Source of the DNA: the human T2T-CHM13v2.0 reference genome, Homo sapiens
DNA: 64,000 bases
Assembly (NCBI RefSeq): GCF_009914755.1
Contig: NC_060928.1
Direction: 5' to 3' (one strand)
Shown here: one piece after another, positions 31,779 to 50,655 of the stretch
Numbering within the stretch: the first letter of the stretch is position 1
How the letters are laid out: each line of letters begins with the position of its first letter
Notes under the pieces: model-generated
Told to the model about the DNA's origin: nothing
Seen by the model: the letters and a program-made list of their open reading frames with translations, nothing else
The model's database searches: none
Position numbers and translations under genes: made by a program

Positions 31779-34700
31779 ATGAAGGCTCTGATTTTGGTTG
31801 CAATCATTTTGATCTTTACTGCTTACCTCACAGTTATATAAAATATTTTACATATATTTATTTTCTTATTCAGTTCCTAATCATAAGGGGTACATTCAGT
31901 TCATTGTTTTATGCCAATGTAGCTTTATACTAAATGTACCCTGTTTTTATTTTATGTCTAATACCTTAATTTAAATTCCTCTATGATCTTTTGTTGACCT
32001 TAGAAAGCAATCTTAATATTTTTCTTTTCCCACATACTGATAGGTCTTTAGAATTCCAAACACATGTAAATTGGACATTGTAGTGTTGTGATTTTTAAGT
32101 TTTTAAGGTACTCTGATTCTACCTCTGCGGGAGCCCTCCTAAATAAAATTTAGTTCTTGGTGGACTCTCCAGAAAGAAAAAGCTGGGAAGAAGAAAACTG
32201 ATCATAAGAAACACTATAAAATGAATATGCAACCACATAAAGAATTCCACACGGATCAAATAAATTAAGAAAATCTAGACATGGTATTAACTTACAAGCA
32301 AGAGCATGTGCTTGCTATCCCATAATGTTTTTAGATTTGTTAACCTAACACCTGCACCTAAATAACATTATCTAGAGGATGAGAGGGACATTGTCTAAGA
32401 CTTACTGCTGCGAACATAATCCAGTATCATTTCATGAACAAACAGTGTCTTATGGGCACTGCTAATTATGGGAACTGCCTCTTCTTCTCCTTCCCCATGC
32501 TCAAATGCAGCCAGGATGATTTCCCATCCCATGAAAAACCCTCTTCCAGAACTTCTTTGGACCACTCATTTTTCTCTTCCATAAAAGACAGGTTGATTTT
32601 TTTTCTTACACCAACTTCATAAAGATGCTTGTAGTAGTAGCATAGTGGTCTCCAGGCTGGACACCTGAGTGAATGGTAGTTATAATGATAAAGGAAGCCA
32701 AATCTAGCAGTACTTGGCCACTGGAGACCAGGTGCCAACACACTCATGTGAATGTGGAGGAAAAGGAATCCTTCTGCTAAAAGGATTCAAGAAAAATACA
32801 TCATCCTTATTCCACAGACTGTGCACCCTTTAAACTGTTAGAATGTTGCTCATGCAATGATGACACCAGAAATTCTAAAACTGTATTTGATTCTATTCAT
32901 CCTAATGCAAACACATTTTGCCCTCATACCTGACTTACAATCACTACTCTTCCCAAAATGTCATACGTGCTCTGGATCTAATTTTTTAATGTTTGTGTTT
33001 TCCGTCTCATTTTAGTCTGTTGATGCGCATAAGAAAACACAAAGTAAGTTTTATTAAATTTCTAGTTATGTTTTTATATTTTCAATCATAATCAAAACTC
33101 ATTATGTCTGACAAGTTGATAAGGTACAAATATTTTATTTCCAACCAAAGAAAATGTTAAGAGACAGAGCCTGAATATCAAAGTTTAGGAGACAAATGGG
33201 AATAGTTGTGTAAGCACCAAAATCTTGCCTCAGTTCCCTGCCTCTTGATATGTATTAATCTGCAATGGGAGTAGGAAAACTTAGTTCATGAAATGCAATG
33301 CTTTCCTAGCTATCAGTTCCAAAATTAATATTTCTTTGTTCAATGTAGATATATTTTCCTTATACATGTTGATGGTTTTTTAAATAAGGCACATTTTCTA
33401 TGATCCTGCAAAAAAGCGAAAACTCTTTATTTTCTTAAACTCAGTGGTGTCCAGTAAAAAAGGGGAGAAAATCCAAAATCATCTGGAAAGACTTTTCAAA
33501 ATTCCAAATCCCTGTGTCCACCCTCTGCCATTTCTAATTGTCATAACCCCACCCCACGTCAGACTGGAGGTGGAATGAACAGAAGGATGTGTTACCTGAA
33601 AATACTTGTCATAACATCCTGTTAGATCCCCCTTCTCCTTTTTCCCCACAACCAGACATGTACTCTAAAGGAAGCCTTAAAACCAAAAAAAAAAAAAACC
33701 AAAAAAAGTTATCCTGCCTCTAATGCTGTGGAATATACGTTTCTAAGTTTAATGACCCAAATTGTTCTAACATTCAGAAGAAAAAAAAAAAATTCCAAAC
33801 CTGCCTTGAAAATTTCAGCAATGTACTTCTTCTCCATTCTCTTTTTTTCTCCACCCCTTCAGCTCCATCACCTTATAATTCTCAATGTGAAATAATTCTG
33901 AGAAATGGCCAGACACCTGTAACAGGATTGGTCTGACAACCTCCATTCAGTGAAACCTAGACCAATCTGTGAATATTCAATTTGTCTCAAACACTGATCA
34001 TTCCATAGTATCCCTGAAATCAGCTACTCACATCTACCTAACTGTTGGAGTTGTAAGTAGGGAAGACAGAAGCTGCAGAGTAGGATATTTTTCTCACTCA
34101 CTGATCACCGATTTATATTATTATATCACGTTTCCTTTTGATTGCCTAAAGGTAAATGTAGCCACATATACCAACGCATCAATTTGGGAAATATACATGA
34201 GATCTCACATCTACAGAGCAATAAAAATCTTGAAAAGGGTCAAGAGAAGAGAAAACAACATTGTTAGAATGTTAAAGCAGGCTTCTAGTTAAATTAATTT
34301 ATCCTAAAGGTTGAGTGGCTCCTGGGTCTTCCAGTAAAGATCTACGGGAGTATGAGATCTATTCAGTGAACAGACAACACTGTCAGAGTCACATGGCATG
34401 GGAGCACCAGAGCCCGAGGAATGAGTCTTCCCCCAGTAGTCCACACTATCAGACACTCCAAATTCAGTCTAAAAGATATTGGCATTAGGAATATGTACAA
34501 CACAAAAATAGATGAGAACTAATGCTTCATAGAGAGGAAGGTGAAGCATCATATTTGAACTTCAAGAATTAGCCTCTGCCAGTGAAGACGAAATGAGAGA
34601 ACTGAGTCTAATCAGAAATGCTCAGGGAATGTCATGTCAAAAGTCTGTAACTGAAACGAATTAAATCAAAGTGTCCTTTGTGTTATTTAATTAAGACTTT

Positions 34701-35841
34701 CACAGGGTAGAAATGCACCGACTCAAGGTAATTCCCGCTTTTAGTGTCTGTGATTCTGTGCAATGAGTCAGCCACATAGATTCATGGAATGTTTTATCAA
34801 TCTCATTGTATTTTCAGCTCTATGAAAGGGGACAATGAAAAGTTTGTCTTTATTCAGAGCAGTAAAATGCATTATACTTTTTTACAGGATGGAAATTAGA
34901 ACAGATTTCTCAACAAGTGCTCCACAAAACACTAAAACACTAGTATGAAGAAATGCTACAAACACACACACAAAATTTCCATGATTAAGTAAAATTGAGA
35001 AATATCGATATCCCTTGGATATTCTAAATATCCACTATATATTATGTTAACAATTGCAATAAGTCCTACAGTAAAGAAACATGTTTTACTTTACCCAAAA
35101 CCTTTCCAAAGTTATTTGGTCACCAAAATTTTCACAACATAATGCCTATGATGGAACGTATTTTGGAAAAACCTGTAATAAAACTATCAAACTTTGAGCA
35201 CAGTAGGGACACAGTTTACTTCATTTATATCTCACCCAAAATCATAATTAAAAATGCTGTATGAGGTGGGTATATTATTCTATCAACTTACTTATGAAAT
35301 GAATTTAGAATAATTGTATAAATGTAAATGGTAATATAAATACATATTTAAAGCTTGACTTTAGTTTATGCATCCCATCTGTGTAAAAACAATTATTTGC
35401 TTGTTTTGTGTTCTCTCTCTGAAATCTAGCCAAAGTTCTGAAAAGAATTTTAAACCACTGAAACAAAGTCCTGGAAAGCCAAACTACAAGCAGTTTATAA
35501 AATTTGAAACAGTTCCTGTGGTTCCCCTTGGTCTCCATCATCTCTTCCACCATCAAAGCCCTCATCACCCCAACCACCCACATTGTCCATCATCTGGACC
35601 TACACAACCACCTGAGAATGATGTAAACCCTAGTTCTCAAGCACTGCTAGCCACCTCTGCTCCTGCAACTGTTGTGGCCACCACGGCCACTCCCATTGCC
35701 TCTACCAGCAAAACTACAGGTGCCATTTCCAACACCACAGCTCCCAGCAGGCTCCAATCTGAGGCTGTCACAAACACTGCGGCAACTGAGTCTAACCCAG
35801 CTGAGGTGGCTGACACTGCCCTTGCCAACCAGCAACAATAG
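31779..35841 (+). pseudogene. MUC7/SMR3-like SCPP secreted protein (pseudo)gene: signal exon 31779-31832 and mature exon ~35425-35841
   Basis: ccag|aggacccaaagacaagATG MKALILVAIILIFTAYLT|GT mirrors SMR3A exon 2 (18 codons, phase 0). The downstream ORF is His/Pro-rich and then Thr/Ala/Ser-rich, and follows a pyrimidine tract. Confidence 0.7.
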
Positions 35842-36626
35842 TTTTAGTATATTCTGCAACTGTCTGAGACTACACTACCAAATCATGAGAAGATAAAAGC
35901 AAACCAAGAAAATGTTTTCCAAAATATTTTCTGAGTAACTTTGAGATGTGTCTGGCCACAATCAAAGAGAAAGATAAACAAATAGTTCCTAACTCTGGCA
36001 TATGAATTAGAAGCTCTTATTCCCCCTCTATTTCACAAACTACATTTGGTCTCCTTAAGTATAAGTCATATCTATAAACCTGATGCTGGCTGATTCCCAC
36101 AAAAGAAACACACAACTAAAGGATCACCAAATGTGCACAAGATTTTGCTTTTTTATCCCAGTTCTAAAATATGTTTTATTTTCCTGGAAAAGCTTACTTT
36201 TAATTAGGGTTTTCATAAATTAAAGTTAGTTTGGACTTCAATATTTATTAAATTTCACATAGTGCACATTCCACATAGGAAGTCTTCCTCACTCTTTCAG
36301 CATCCGCCAACAATAATAAGACAAAAAAGGAGTAAAGATTGTAGGAAATATTATAATTATCCTTGGGAATAGTAATATAAACAAAACCCAACCAATACAA
36401 GAGCTCTCTTGCTATAAACAATGACTGAATCACACACATCATGATATAACATGATCATTCAGAAACAATATCAAAGAAGTAGGAGATCATATATTCATCT
36501 TATTTTTGAATATAGCAGCTTCTAATTATAAATATAAATGGGAAGAATTATCCTAACTATAGAATGTAAAAATCACAATGATAGATGCCAACTGTTGAAC
36601 ACTTAGTTCAGATGTTGGAGCATTAA

Positions 36627-36941
<315 letters not shown>

Positions 36942-38855
36942 TTGAATCTAATTTAATACTCATATCAACCCTGTGAAACCAGTCTTGTGGACTTCTTTTT
37001 AAAGATGAGGGTACTGAGGCTATGAGAATTTATGTGACTTTCCAAAGACCACAAAGTCATAAATGGTAGACCAGTCTTCAAATTCACATCCATTTAACTC
37101 TAAAGTTGCAGCTTCTAATGTCCTACGCAGCATTTGGCTATTTTAAAACAATTCGAGAGGGTAGAGTTTATGTACCTTTAGTTAATGGCTCATGATATTT
37201 TGTTCTGTTTTTACAGATCCTGAAAAACTGAATATTGATATATTTGTGATCACCTTCTCTCAGCATTTTGTTTTAACAAAAATATAGGAAGAGGTATAAA
37301 AATACAGAGATATGATTATTTCTGTTTTTTCTTTCATCTTGCTACACCATAAAATCTTTCAAAGATAAACCTGATTTATGCATTTGATTATATGTGTATT
37401 GATCTCTTCTTTATTCCTGTAGAATGACAGTGCTAATACCAGCACATTTATCCTATCAAATGTTTCTGTAACACACAAAGTAGGTGTCAAAAAAAAGGAA
37501 ACTCTTCACAGACTAAAAAAAAAGGTGTTTAAAAACCACCCCATATAATGTTAATATATTACAAATCTTACAAATCAATTTTCTTTTTGATATAAAACAT
37601 AAGTACATGTAGTCATAATAAAACACATCTATAAACATACAATTATATTTTACATAAATGCACAATATAAAATTACACATATGAGAGCTACAAAAAAAGG
37701 TGAAGAAATGGCAGTCCTACTCTCAAAGGGATCATAGTCTAAGTGAGACATTTTCAAAAAGCACAGAAAAAAGTAAGTTAAATTCCCACAGATCTACAGA
37801 TATTCTTTCCCAATTGCTACTTCATCCACTAAAGAAGTATTTTCACCAGAGATTGTTTAACCAAAATGTTGTACCATCTCATATATCATTTCATCCAGTG
37901 ATATATTAATATTAGGTCAATATCTAGTTGATAAATTCACCCCCGTGATTTAGTAAAACTTACCTAGATTTAGGACAGGGAATATAAGAGTACAAATACA
38001 AGAGCATTATTCCTCACAACACAAGTTTTCCTGGATATTGATGGGTATGAAAAAAGAGGAGAGGAATAAGAAGGAAGAAGAGAAAAGTAGAATCATGTGA
38101 GAAACCTGAAGGAAAAAGAGCAAACAGCAGATTAAAAAGGGAGCATTCAGAGGTGAGAGAACTAAGAAACTTACATGAAAGCCAAGCAGAGAAAAAGGTT
38201 TCAGAAAGAGGGTTAAACACTTTAGAAGAGAGAGTAAGAAGGAAAATAAAAATAGAAGTATAAAGAGCAAATGCTTGGAAATGGCAAATGTTTGGAAATA
38301 AGAGTTTCATCTGTTGCCATTTCTCTCTTCAGATTTTCCTATAAGTCCTGTTTTTGCTATTCACCCATACTTCTTTGTCTCCTATCCCAGGTTCAGTGTT
38401 AATTAGGTACATCTCAATTTCCATTTCATTGCCTTGACTCACACATCTTTATCATTCTGAAAGAGCCTTCCAATTATCTCCACTTACCCTACTTGACTCA
38501 ATTACCAACTTCTTACTGAAATCTTACATGACTCATGGATATCAGCTTGACATTGCTCTGTCCTTCAGTCTTCATATCTAGACCATCAAAAGGATCTGTT
38601 GATTATGTCCCATGAAAATATCTTTATTCTGTCCACTTATCCATCCATAGCCCCTTTGCCACTACGCAAGTCTATCTGGACAACTGTAGTAACAGCCTTT
38701 TAACAGGTTTTTCTCTCTTAAGTTTCACTTGCTAAGATCCACTCTCCATACTGCTCTAGGGCTCAGAGTCGTCAAAATAAAAAATACTCTTCAGAGAACT
38801 CTATCTGAATAAGTGAATTAGGTACTGAAATAAGAAGTGATTTCTTCATCTAGAC

Positions 38856-39050
38856 TAGTGGTTTTTGGCTAGGGATGATTCTGTCCCCCAGGGGACATTT
38901 GGTAATGTTTGGAACATTTCTGGTCATCACAGCTGGGAAGATGCAATGGACACCTAGTGAGTAGAGGCCAGAAAGGCACAAAACAGATACCCACAACAAA
39001 GAATTACTTGACCCAAAGTATCGATAGTGCCAAGGCTGAGAAACCCTGCT
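38856..39050. mobile_element. MER20-like hAT DNA transposon
   Basis: ccccaggggacatttggtaatgtttgg ... gtgccaaggctgagaaaccctg. Confidence 0.75.
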
Positions 39051-39172
39051 CCAGACTATACTCAACTTTGTATTCTTCAAAAATAAGTGTTAAGGCATTG
39101 AGAACATCAAGTGTGATAGATTTACTGAATTATGGCCCAACTTTTCACACTTCCCTTTAAGAAAGTCCATTG

Positions 39173-39585
39173 ATTCCCAAATGTCCATCAATGATAGACT
39201 GAATTAAGAAAATGTGGCACATATATACCATGGAATACTATGCAGCCATAAAAAAGGATGAGTTCATGTCCTTTGCAGGGACATGGATGAAGCTGGAAAC
39301 CATCATTCTCAGCAAACTACCACAAGGACAGAAAACCAAACACCGCATGTTCTCACTCATAGGTGGGAATTGAAGAATGAGAACACTTGGACACAGGGTG
39401 GGGAACATCACACACTGGGGCCTGTCAGGGGGTGGGTGGCTGGGGGAGGGATAGCATTAGGAGAAATACCTAATGTAAATGATGAGATGATGGGTGCAGA
39501 AAACCAACATGGCACATGTATACCTACGTATCAAACTTGCATGTTGTGTACATGTACCCTGGGACTTAAAGTATAATAATAAAAA
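39173..39585 (+). mobile_element. L1PA 3' fragment inserted into an MLT1-like LTR
   Basis: ORF2 end, 3'UTR and A tail; 14-bp TSD AAGAAAGTCCATTG at 39159-39172 and 39586-39599. Confidence 0.92.
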
Positions 39586-41096
39586 AAGAAAGTCCATTGG
39601 TTGTATCCTCTTGCACTGTCTCTGGGCCTGACGATTGGTAATTTTTTTTTTTTTTACCAGGGGACAACACTACACTAATCAAACTTGAAAAAAGCAGAGG
39701 TTTGAAAAAACATTTGCACATTTCTGTTTTTTTTCTTTTGAACCCCTCACATCACCATGAAAACATGCCCAGACTAGCTTGAGGAAAGTAAAAGACATGT
39801 GGAAGACAGGTGAGCTGTCCCAGCCAAGGTCATCCTAGACCAATCAGCCCCCAGCCAATTCACCAGCTGAACACAGCACATAAGTAAGGCCAGATAAAAA
39901 TCAGTCAGGCCTGGCTAATCCAGGAAACCTGCCCAGTGATCACACTAGTATTTTTAGTAAGAAATACTCAACAATTGCCGTGTTAAGTCATCAAGTTTTG
40001 CAGTGGTTTGTCATGCAGAAATAGCTAACTGATACACTGAGAGATCCCAAAATCAATCTATATCTCAGGGTCCCATTATTTACCAATCAAGATCCTAAAA
40101 TGGGCATTGCAGATCTGCCTAGATTGAGCATAAATCTTTTCCAGAAATTTGCTGTTCTTGTGACTGAGTCCTAGTTCTGCTCTTCAGATGCTTCTGCCTT
40201 CACCTATAGGAAAGCATAGTTTATACCCATGCTCTGAGGAAGATTTCTTGGCCTTCACATCTATCCTTTAATAGCCTTTATTTATCTTCTTCCGAAAGCA
40301 ACAATTGCTCCCCAAAACAGCTTCCAGTTAAAACGAAAGAAATATTTTTCTTGTCTATTTTCCTCCTTTCAATTGGATTCTATTGGAATGTTTCTCAAAG
40401 AATACTTTATGAAACATCTGCACTGAAAGTATTTATGGTGCCTACTAACACTGCAATTTCCTGGGCCCTAACCTAAACCAAAATAATCAGAACCTCAGCC
40501 AATGGATCTTTGAATTTTTAGTTATCACCAACCTCCAGGTGGTTATTAAGCACATTAAGACTTAGCACAAATATGTGAGATCTTGAAGAGGCCCAATAAG
40601 AGATTAATGACAATGAAACTGAGGCATCAGGACTTCTTTGCTGAGGTTCTTCTAAGGTAAGGCCCCCTGAACAGATACAGCAACGTGTTCAAAAAGTCAT
40701 GTGTTTTTATAAAATTTGAAAAAGCAGGATATTTTAACTGCCATTGGCTAACATTGCTTTTTCTTAATTTTCCGATTTTTCCACGAGCACACCTCCCCTC
40801 ATATCAGGTGGACTTTGGATAGCTCTGACCATTTTGTATTCATGATTTCTCTTATAAGGTGGCCTTGCAGTGGTTGTAGGAATTTTCTAATCATAAAGCT
40901 GTATTGTTTTCCTTGTAGTCAGTGCCCAAATTATATAAGCTTCAGGTCTCTCTAAACCTAGATCTGCTTGTAATGGGGATGCCAGGGAGCTATTCAATTT
41001 AACTTTGTCATTTTACAAAGGAAGAAAATAAAGCTCCAAGAGATTAATGAACATTTCCAATGCCATGCTAGTAACAGATGGCAAAGTCAAACAGTA

Positions 41097-42182
41097 ACAA
41101 TACACTGTTTCCTCCTAAATATAAAGCTGTTATTTAAGGCATTTGTACTAACTTTTAGGTAATCCCTCATTATTTTTAATAGACTTCATTTTTAGAGTCC
41201 TTTATCATTTTTAAGTAATAAATTCATACCAGTAGACTGTATATAATTTTAGGAATAACTTTATTAAACAAGCCAGACATGATCTTACTACTAATTCTGC
41301 CCCTCTCCGATGTTCTTTCTTCATTTAAATAACTAAGACATTAACATCTTGCAGTTAGTTTGTATATTAAATGACAAAATAAATATACCATGGTTCACCA
41401 TATAATAAATGTATTACACTAATGGTTTAAAAAATTTTAAGTACTTGATGTAATTTACAGAGAAAACTTGTATATGACTAGATTTGTTTTTGTAAAAATA
41501 ATATTATGGCAAAGAAAATATATTTTTAGAATTGAGATGAATCCAGGAATATTCCCCAAAAGAGATTTTGAAAGGGGAACTGAATTTATGTGGTTACATG
41601 GATGAGGCTATCAATCTAGCAAAATTCTGATTAAAGGGCAATTGAATACTTGTTTACATTCACAAACTGGTGACATCCAGGTTATACTATAAAGACCACT
41701 TTCACATTTACTATAGAAAAATACACCTCCTGCTTAAAAACATTGGGAAATTTCCCCCATGGCTCTCAGTGGAAAAAAAAAAAAGCTACTTTTCTTGAGA
41801 AATTATCATGATTATATTTTATGGACATTGTAAATGTTTCATCTGATTTCTTCTTTTTATAACTTTGGCTACTTGGAAGCTCAAGGCAAATTTGTTGCCA
41901 ACTTTCAGAAAGTTTACAGACCTATGTGATGTGGGTTTCTTGCAGTATCCATACTGCACAAGTCAGAAAATAACTTTTCTTCAGTCTAAAAGCGCTATTG
42001 TTAATTACATTTCATCATGCTAGACTTCAATCCAAAAGAATACATATTCTCTCAGAGTTCAGTGGCATTATTGATATCCTACACAACAATATTTCCACAG
42101 AAATTTTTAAGGTAATCTGTAAACTCTAAAGCTTGATAAATATTCAAGGTGGCATTACCCCAGAAACCATATCACCTCCTTC
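41097..42182 (+). repeat. Segmental duplication, copy A (SMR3A upstream region)
   Basis: Collinear, highly similar to 62554-64000. Confidence 0.92.
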
Positions 42183-43109
42183 TGAATAATCTAGAAGAAG
42201 TACATACTTTCCATAGGTCCAAAGAAACTATCATTATTGTTCTATTTTAGGGGAAATGAGTGTAATACAATAGGAAAGCAGACTTCAAATATGTTGCTGC
42301 ATGACTCAACTTAAATCTGCTAGTCTACCTATATTAGGGAAATATTTTCCATCTGTCACATAAATCTCTGCACTAACAATAATTTTTCTTTACCGTCACT
42401 TTGAATTTTCTGGGACCAGAGACATTAGCTCCTTTAGGTATTGTTCTAGTAAGTACTCAGTCAAGATCTTTTAAAGCCATATAAGTTAATTAAAGATTAA
42501 CTGGAGTAACTGTTCCTTTTTCTTAACAGACGTGTGCTTCCATTTGTTTGTGTTCCTCAAATTCTTTGTTGGTCACAACCCACTCAGAAATTGTCCGTTG
42601 GTTTTGCCAGCGTTCATCCTAAGTCCCTCAGAGCCAGTGATCCATTACAATGTAGATCACACCTCGACTTCAAACATTTGGCTGATGAATATGTTGGCAT
42701 CAAAACAAGAAAGAAGAGACATTCATCTTTTGACACACTGAATTACTGTCAAAGAAAGAAGTGAAAATTTCTATGTTAATTAGGAATAGAACCATTTTCA
42801 CTGACGTTTGGGCATGTAATCATTCAGCAACATATTAAGGGCTAAGATTAGCAAACCAGGAATATATTGTATTACACTTAATTATGTCATCAGAATTTTT
42901 AAAGGCAGTGAAACTCCAACAAAGTAAATGAAATTAAGTACAGTCATTCAAAACTAACATCAACTCTGAAAGTGTGACTTCTTAATTTCTACATCACCTA
43001 TGACTCACAAAAATTTTAAAACACTAATCATTTAGATATGCTGTAACTTCAGCAACTTGCACTCTGTCTTACACCCACAGGTAGCTAATAAATGTTAGTA
43101 GGAAAGATA

Positions 43110-43204
43110 AAAGGAAAAGGGAAGGAAGGAAGGAAGGAAGGGAGGGAGAGAGGGAGGGAGGGAAAGGAAAGACGGAGGGAAAGGAAGGAAGGAAAGAAGG
43201 AAGG
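43110..43204 (+). repeat. (GGAA)n/(GGGA)n purine microsatellite
   Basis: Direct reading. Confidence 0.9.
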
Positions 43205-44241
43205 TCCTAATCTCCATGACTTAGAAATTATAAATATAAACATTTTAAATATATATTTTTAAATGAAGAAATTGAGACACAATAAGGCAAAATATCTTGT
43301 CTCATATAACCCAACAAGGAAGTATTGTTACTGTGCTTTGAAGTGGAATGAACTATTAAGTTCACTTGATTCATCTCTCTGATGTACTGTAACACAATGT
43401 TAGTAAAGTGTATGGTGATTGTTAAGATTAGGGAGGTAATATGGAATACTGGTTAAAAAAATCACTTAGGCCTTGAAGTGGGCTGACTTAAGGTCAAGTT
43501 CCGCTCAGCTAATTAGCATCTCTGTATAAAACTGAGATGATAATAGAACTCATTTTAACCTGCCACATGGAATATGCTAGAGGCTCAATAAATAATAGCT
43601 GTTATTATGATTATATAATAATGTATTAAAACGAGAGTATAAGATCATCCAGCATAGGAAAAATTATCCTCAGTGCCTAGATTTATCAAAAAGACAAGGC
43701 TATAAATTTCCATTAGACATCCACTTCAAAGTAAAAATATCTGTATAATTTTCCCATAATCAAATCTTTGCATGTCATCATATTTTCATTTAATTAAAAC
43801 TCTCAAGTTAATAACAGCAGGGACCACATGATTTTTAAAACACGGTTGTTCTCAGTTCTTCACTGACAAAAGGGAACTTCCTATAGAAAATACAAAAGAT
43901 GGCCCATTAAATAAAATAGAAAATACAAAAGATGGCCCATTAAAATTACTCGGGATAGAAAAAGTTGGTGCTTTTTCTTTAAAATAAAGAGGAAATGGTG
44001 CGCCACAGGCCCCAGATTGTTTCCCTGAAGTGAGAGGATATTATTTGTTGAATCTGTTTCCCCAGGAAACAACAAATATTGAACAGGTCAATGCTTTTCA
44101 GAAATGAGACCCAAAAAATGCGGAAAAAGACTGCCAAATTGGCAAGAACAACTTTCCTATCTTTGTTTGAAGAGCATCAGCCCAGAAGTTATTTTATTTC
44201 CAAGTAGCCTTTCTTTTACTGCCAACAGAAATCTTTTGCAA

Positions 44242-44355
44242 TATATAAGAACTGAAGTTTCTTGTCTCTTTTCACCTTTATTTTCTGTCTTTCAACTGGC
44301 AAGAGTCATTTTGACCAGCAGGTTAATCAACTCTAAGACAGATCCTCACGCAAAG
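44242..44355 (+). promoter_or_regulatory. SMR3A: SMR3A TATA box and non-coding exon 1
   Basis: TATATAA at 44242-44248; strong donor AAG|GTATGT at 44356. Confidence 0.75.
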
Positions 44356-45628
44356 GTATGTACCTGGAAATATTAACTGAAGAAATTTTTTCTCAGACTT
44401 TTCATGAGCTTTTTATAGGACATTCATTATCACCAAAAACATAAGCACCTTCACCTTATGTAAAATTGTAAGTCGTTTAACATATCAAATCTTGAAAAAT
44501 TATGTTATTCACATGTCAGAGTAAAGCATTCATGTTGGGCATTGAGGACAATTAGTCCACCCAAGTACACAATTGACTTTTCCCCTTGATGTTCCTTAAA
44601 GTTCTTGAAACTTCATAATGATAGATTATTCTCAGATGTACTCTAAAAGAGGGAATTGTTCCACAGTATATGTTTATTATTAGTTTTTCTTTTGTTTTTC
44701 AAACTTCTTATAAGAACGGATCCTGGGAAAAGTAATCCTTAAGGGAATAGCCACACCCACATACAATTGAATATCCAGTGAAATTTTGTCCATATGATTC
44801 TTTCAAAACTTGCGTTGTTCAGACAACACACTCAACCTATGTGCAGAGTTGACTGTCAGGAAGCCATTTGTACAATGGTGCATGGAGTTGCTTTCCCAGA
44901 ACTCAAGCTATCAGGTACTTGAAATATTTCACAAATTGTGAGCCAACTGTGAATAAAATATCTGGACTCCTCCATATTCTCTGACTTGGTCTTTGATCTA
45001 CCATATACGGATTTTTGGAAGCACTTTGAGACCACACATCACAGACTAAATTAATTTAGTAGAATGTTGTTAAAACTAGGAGATATATAATATGACTCTT
45101 TTTTTCTTACACTACATCAAACAGAGTGATTTCTTTCTTTTCCTTATTTTTGAGATATCCCAAGGAATTACACTAACATATGATCTAGTTAATATGTTAA
45201 TATTTCAAACCCAAGCCTATAGAAATCTATAAAACAATGTACCTGCTATTTAAAAATGCAAAAGTATTCAAATGTAAATAATTGTACATGTCAAAGTAGT
45301 TACCTCTAAAGGCAAAAACTGTAGTTACAAAAGCTTCTATTGTTCAATCATTTATGAACAACTCTTTGGCATTATCTCCAGTATCAGTTTACAAGTCAAA
45401 AATAAAAACTACTTCCACTATTTTGAAGTCAAATTTTATAAGCCTACTAATGTTGTCCCACAGTAATACTGAATCCAAAATAATGTTAGGCAAATTTCCT
45501 AAAAAGGCTACAGTAGTATATCTGTACTACATTATATCCATGTGTTGAGACATTTTAAATAGTACTTTTTAATAAAAAACAATCATACTGATCACCTATT
45601 GTGCTTACTTTCAGAGGCAACTGAAAGG

Positions 45629-50508
<4,880 letters not shown>

Positions 50509-50649
50509 ATACAGACAACTGCAACAGGTGCCACCACCCACAAAAGACAACACTACCCTCGTAACTACTGCTTCTACTACCCAAAAATAAGAATTTCAAC
50601 ACTACTTCCAAGAGACTTTTAGATAAAATCACTTCCATTTTTGGATGAG

Positions 50650-50655
50650 AATAAA
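50650..50655 (+). terminator. SMR3A polyadenylation signal
   Basis: First AATAAA after the stop codon. Confidence 0.7.

Noticed and set aside
37200-37300. Possible extra 3' non-coding exon of the MUC7-like gene (acceptor ttttacag near 37216)
   Set aside because: Only a splice-like motif; no clear partner donor or canonical poly(A) signal
42200-44240. Androgen response elements upstream of SMR3A
   Set aside because: No convincing AGAACAnnnTGTTCT palindrome identified by eye
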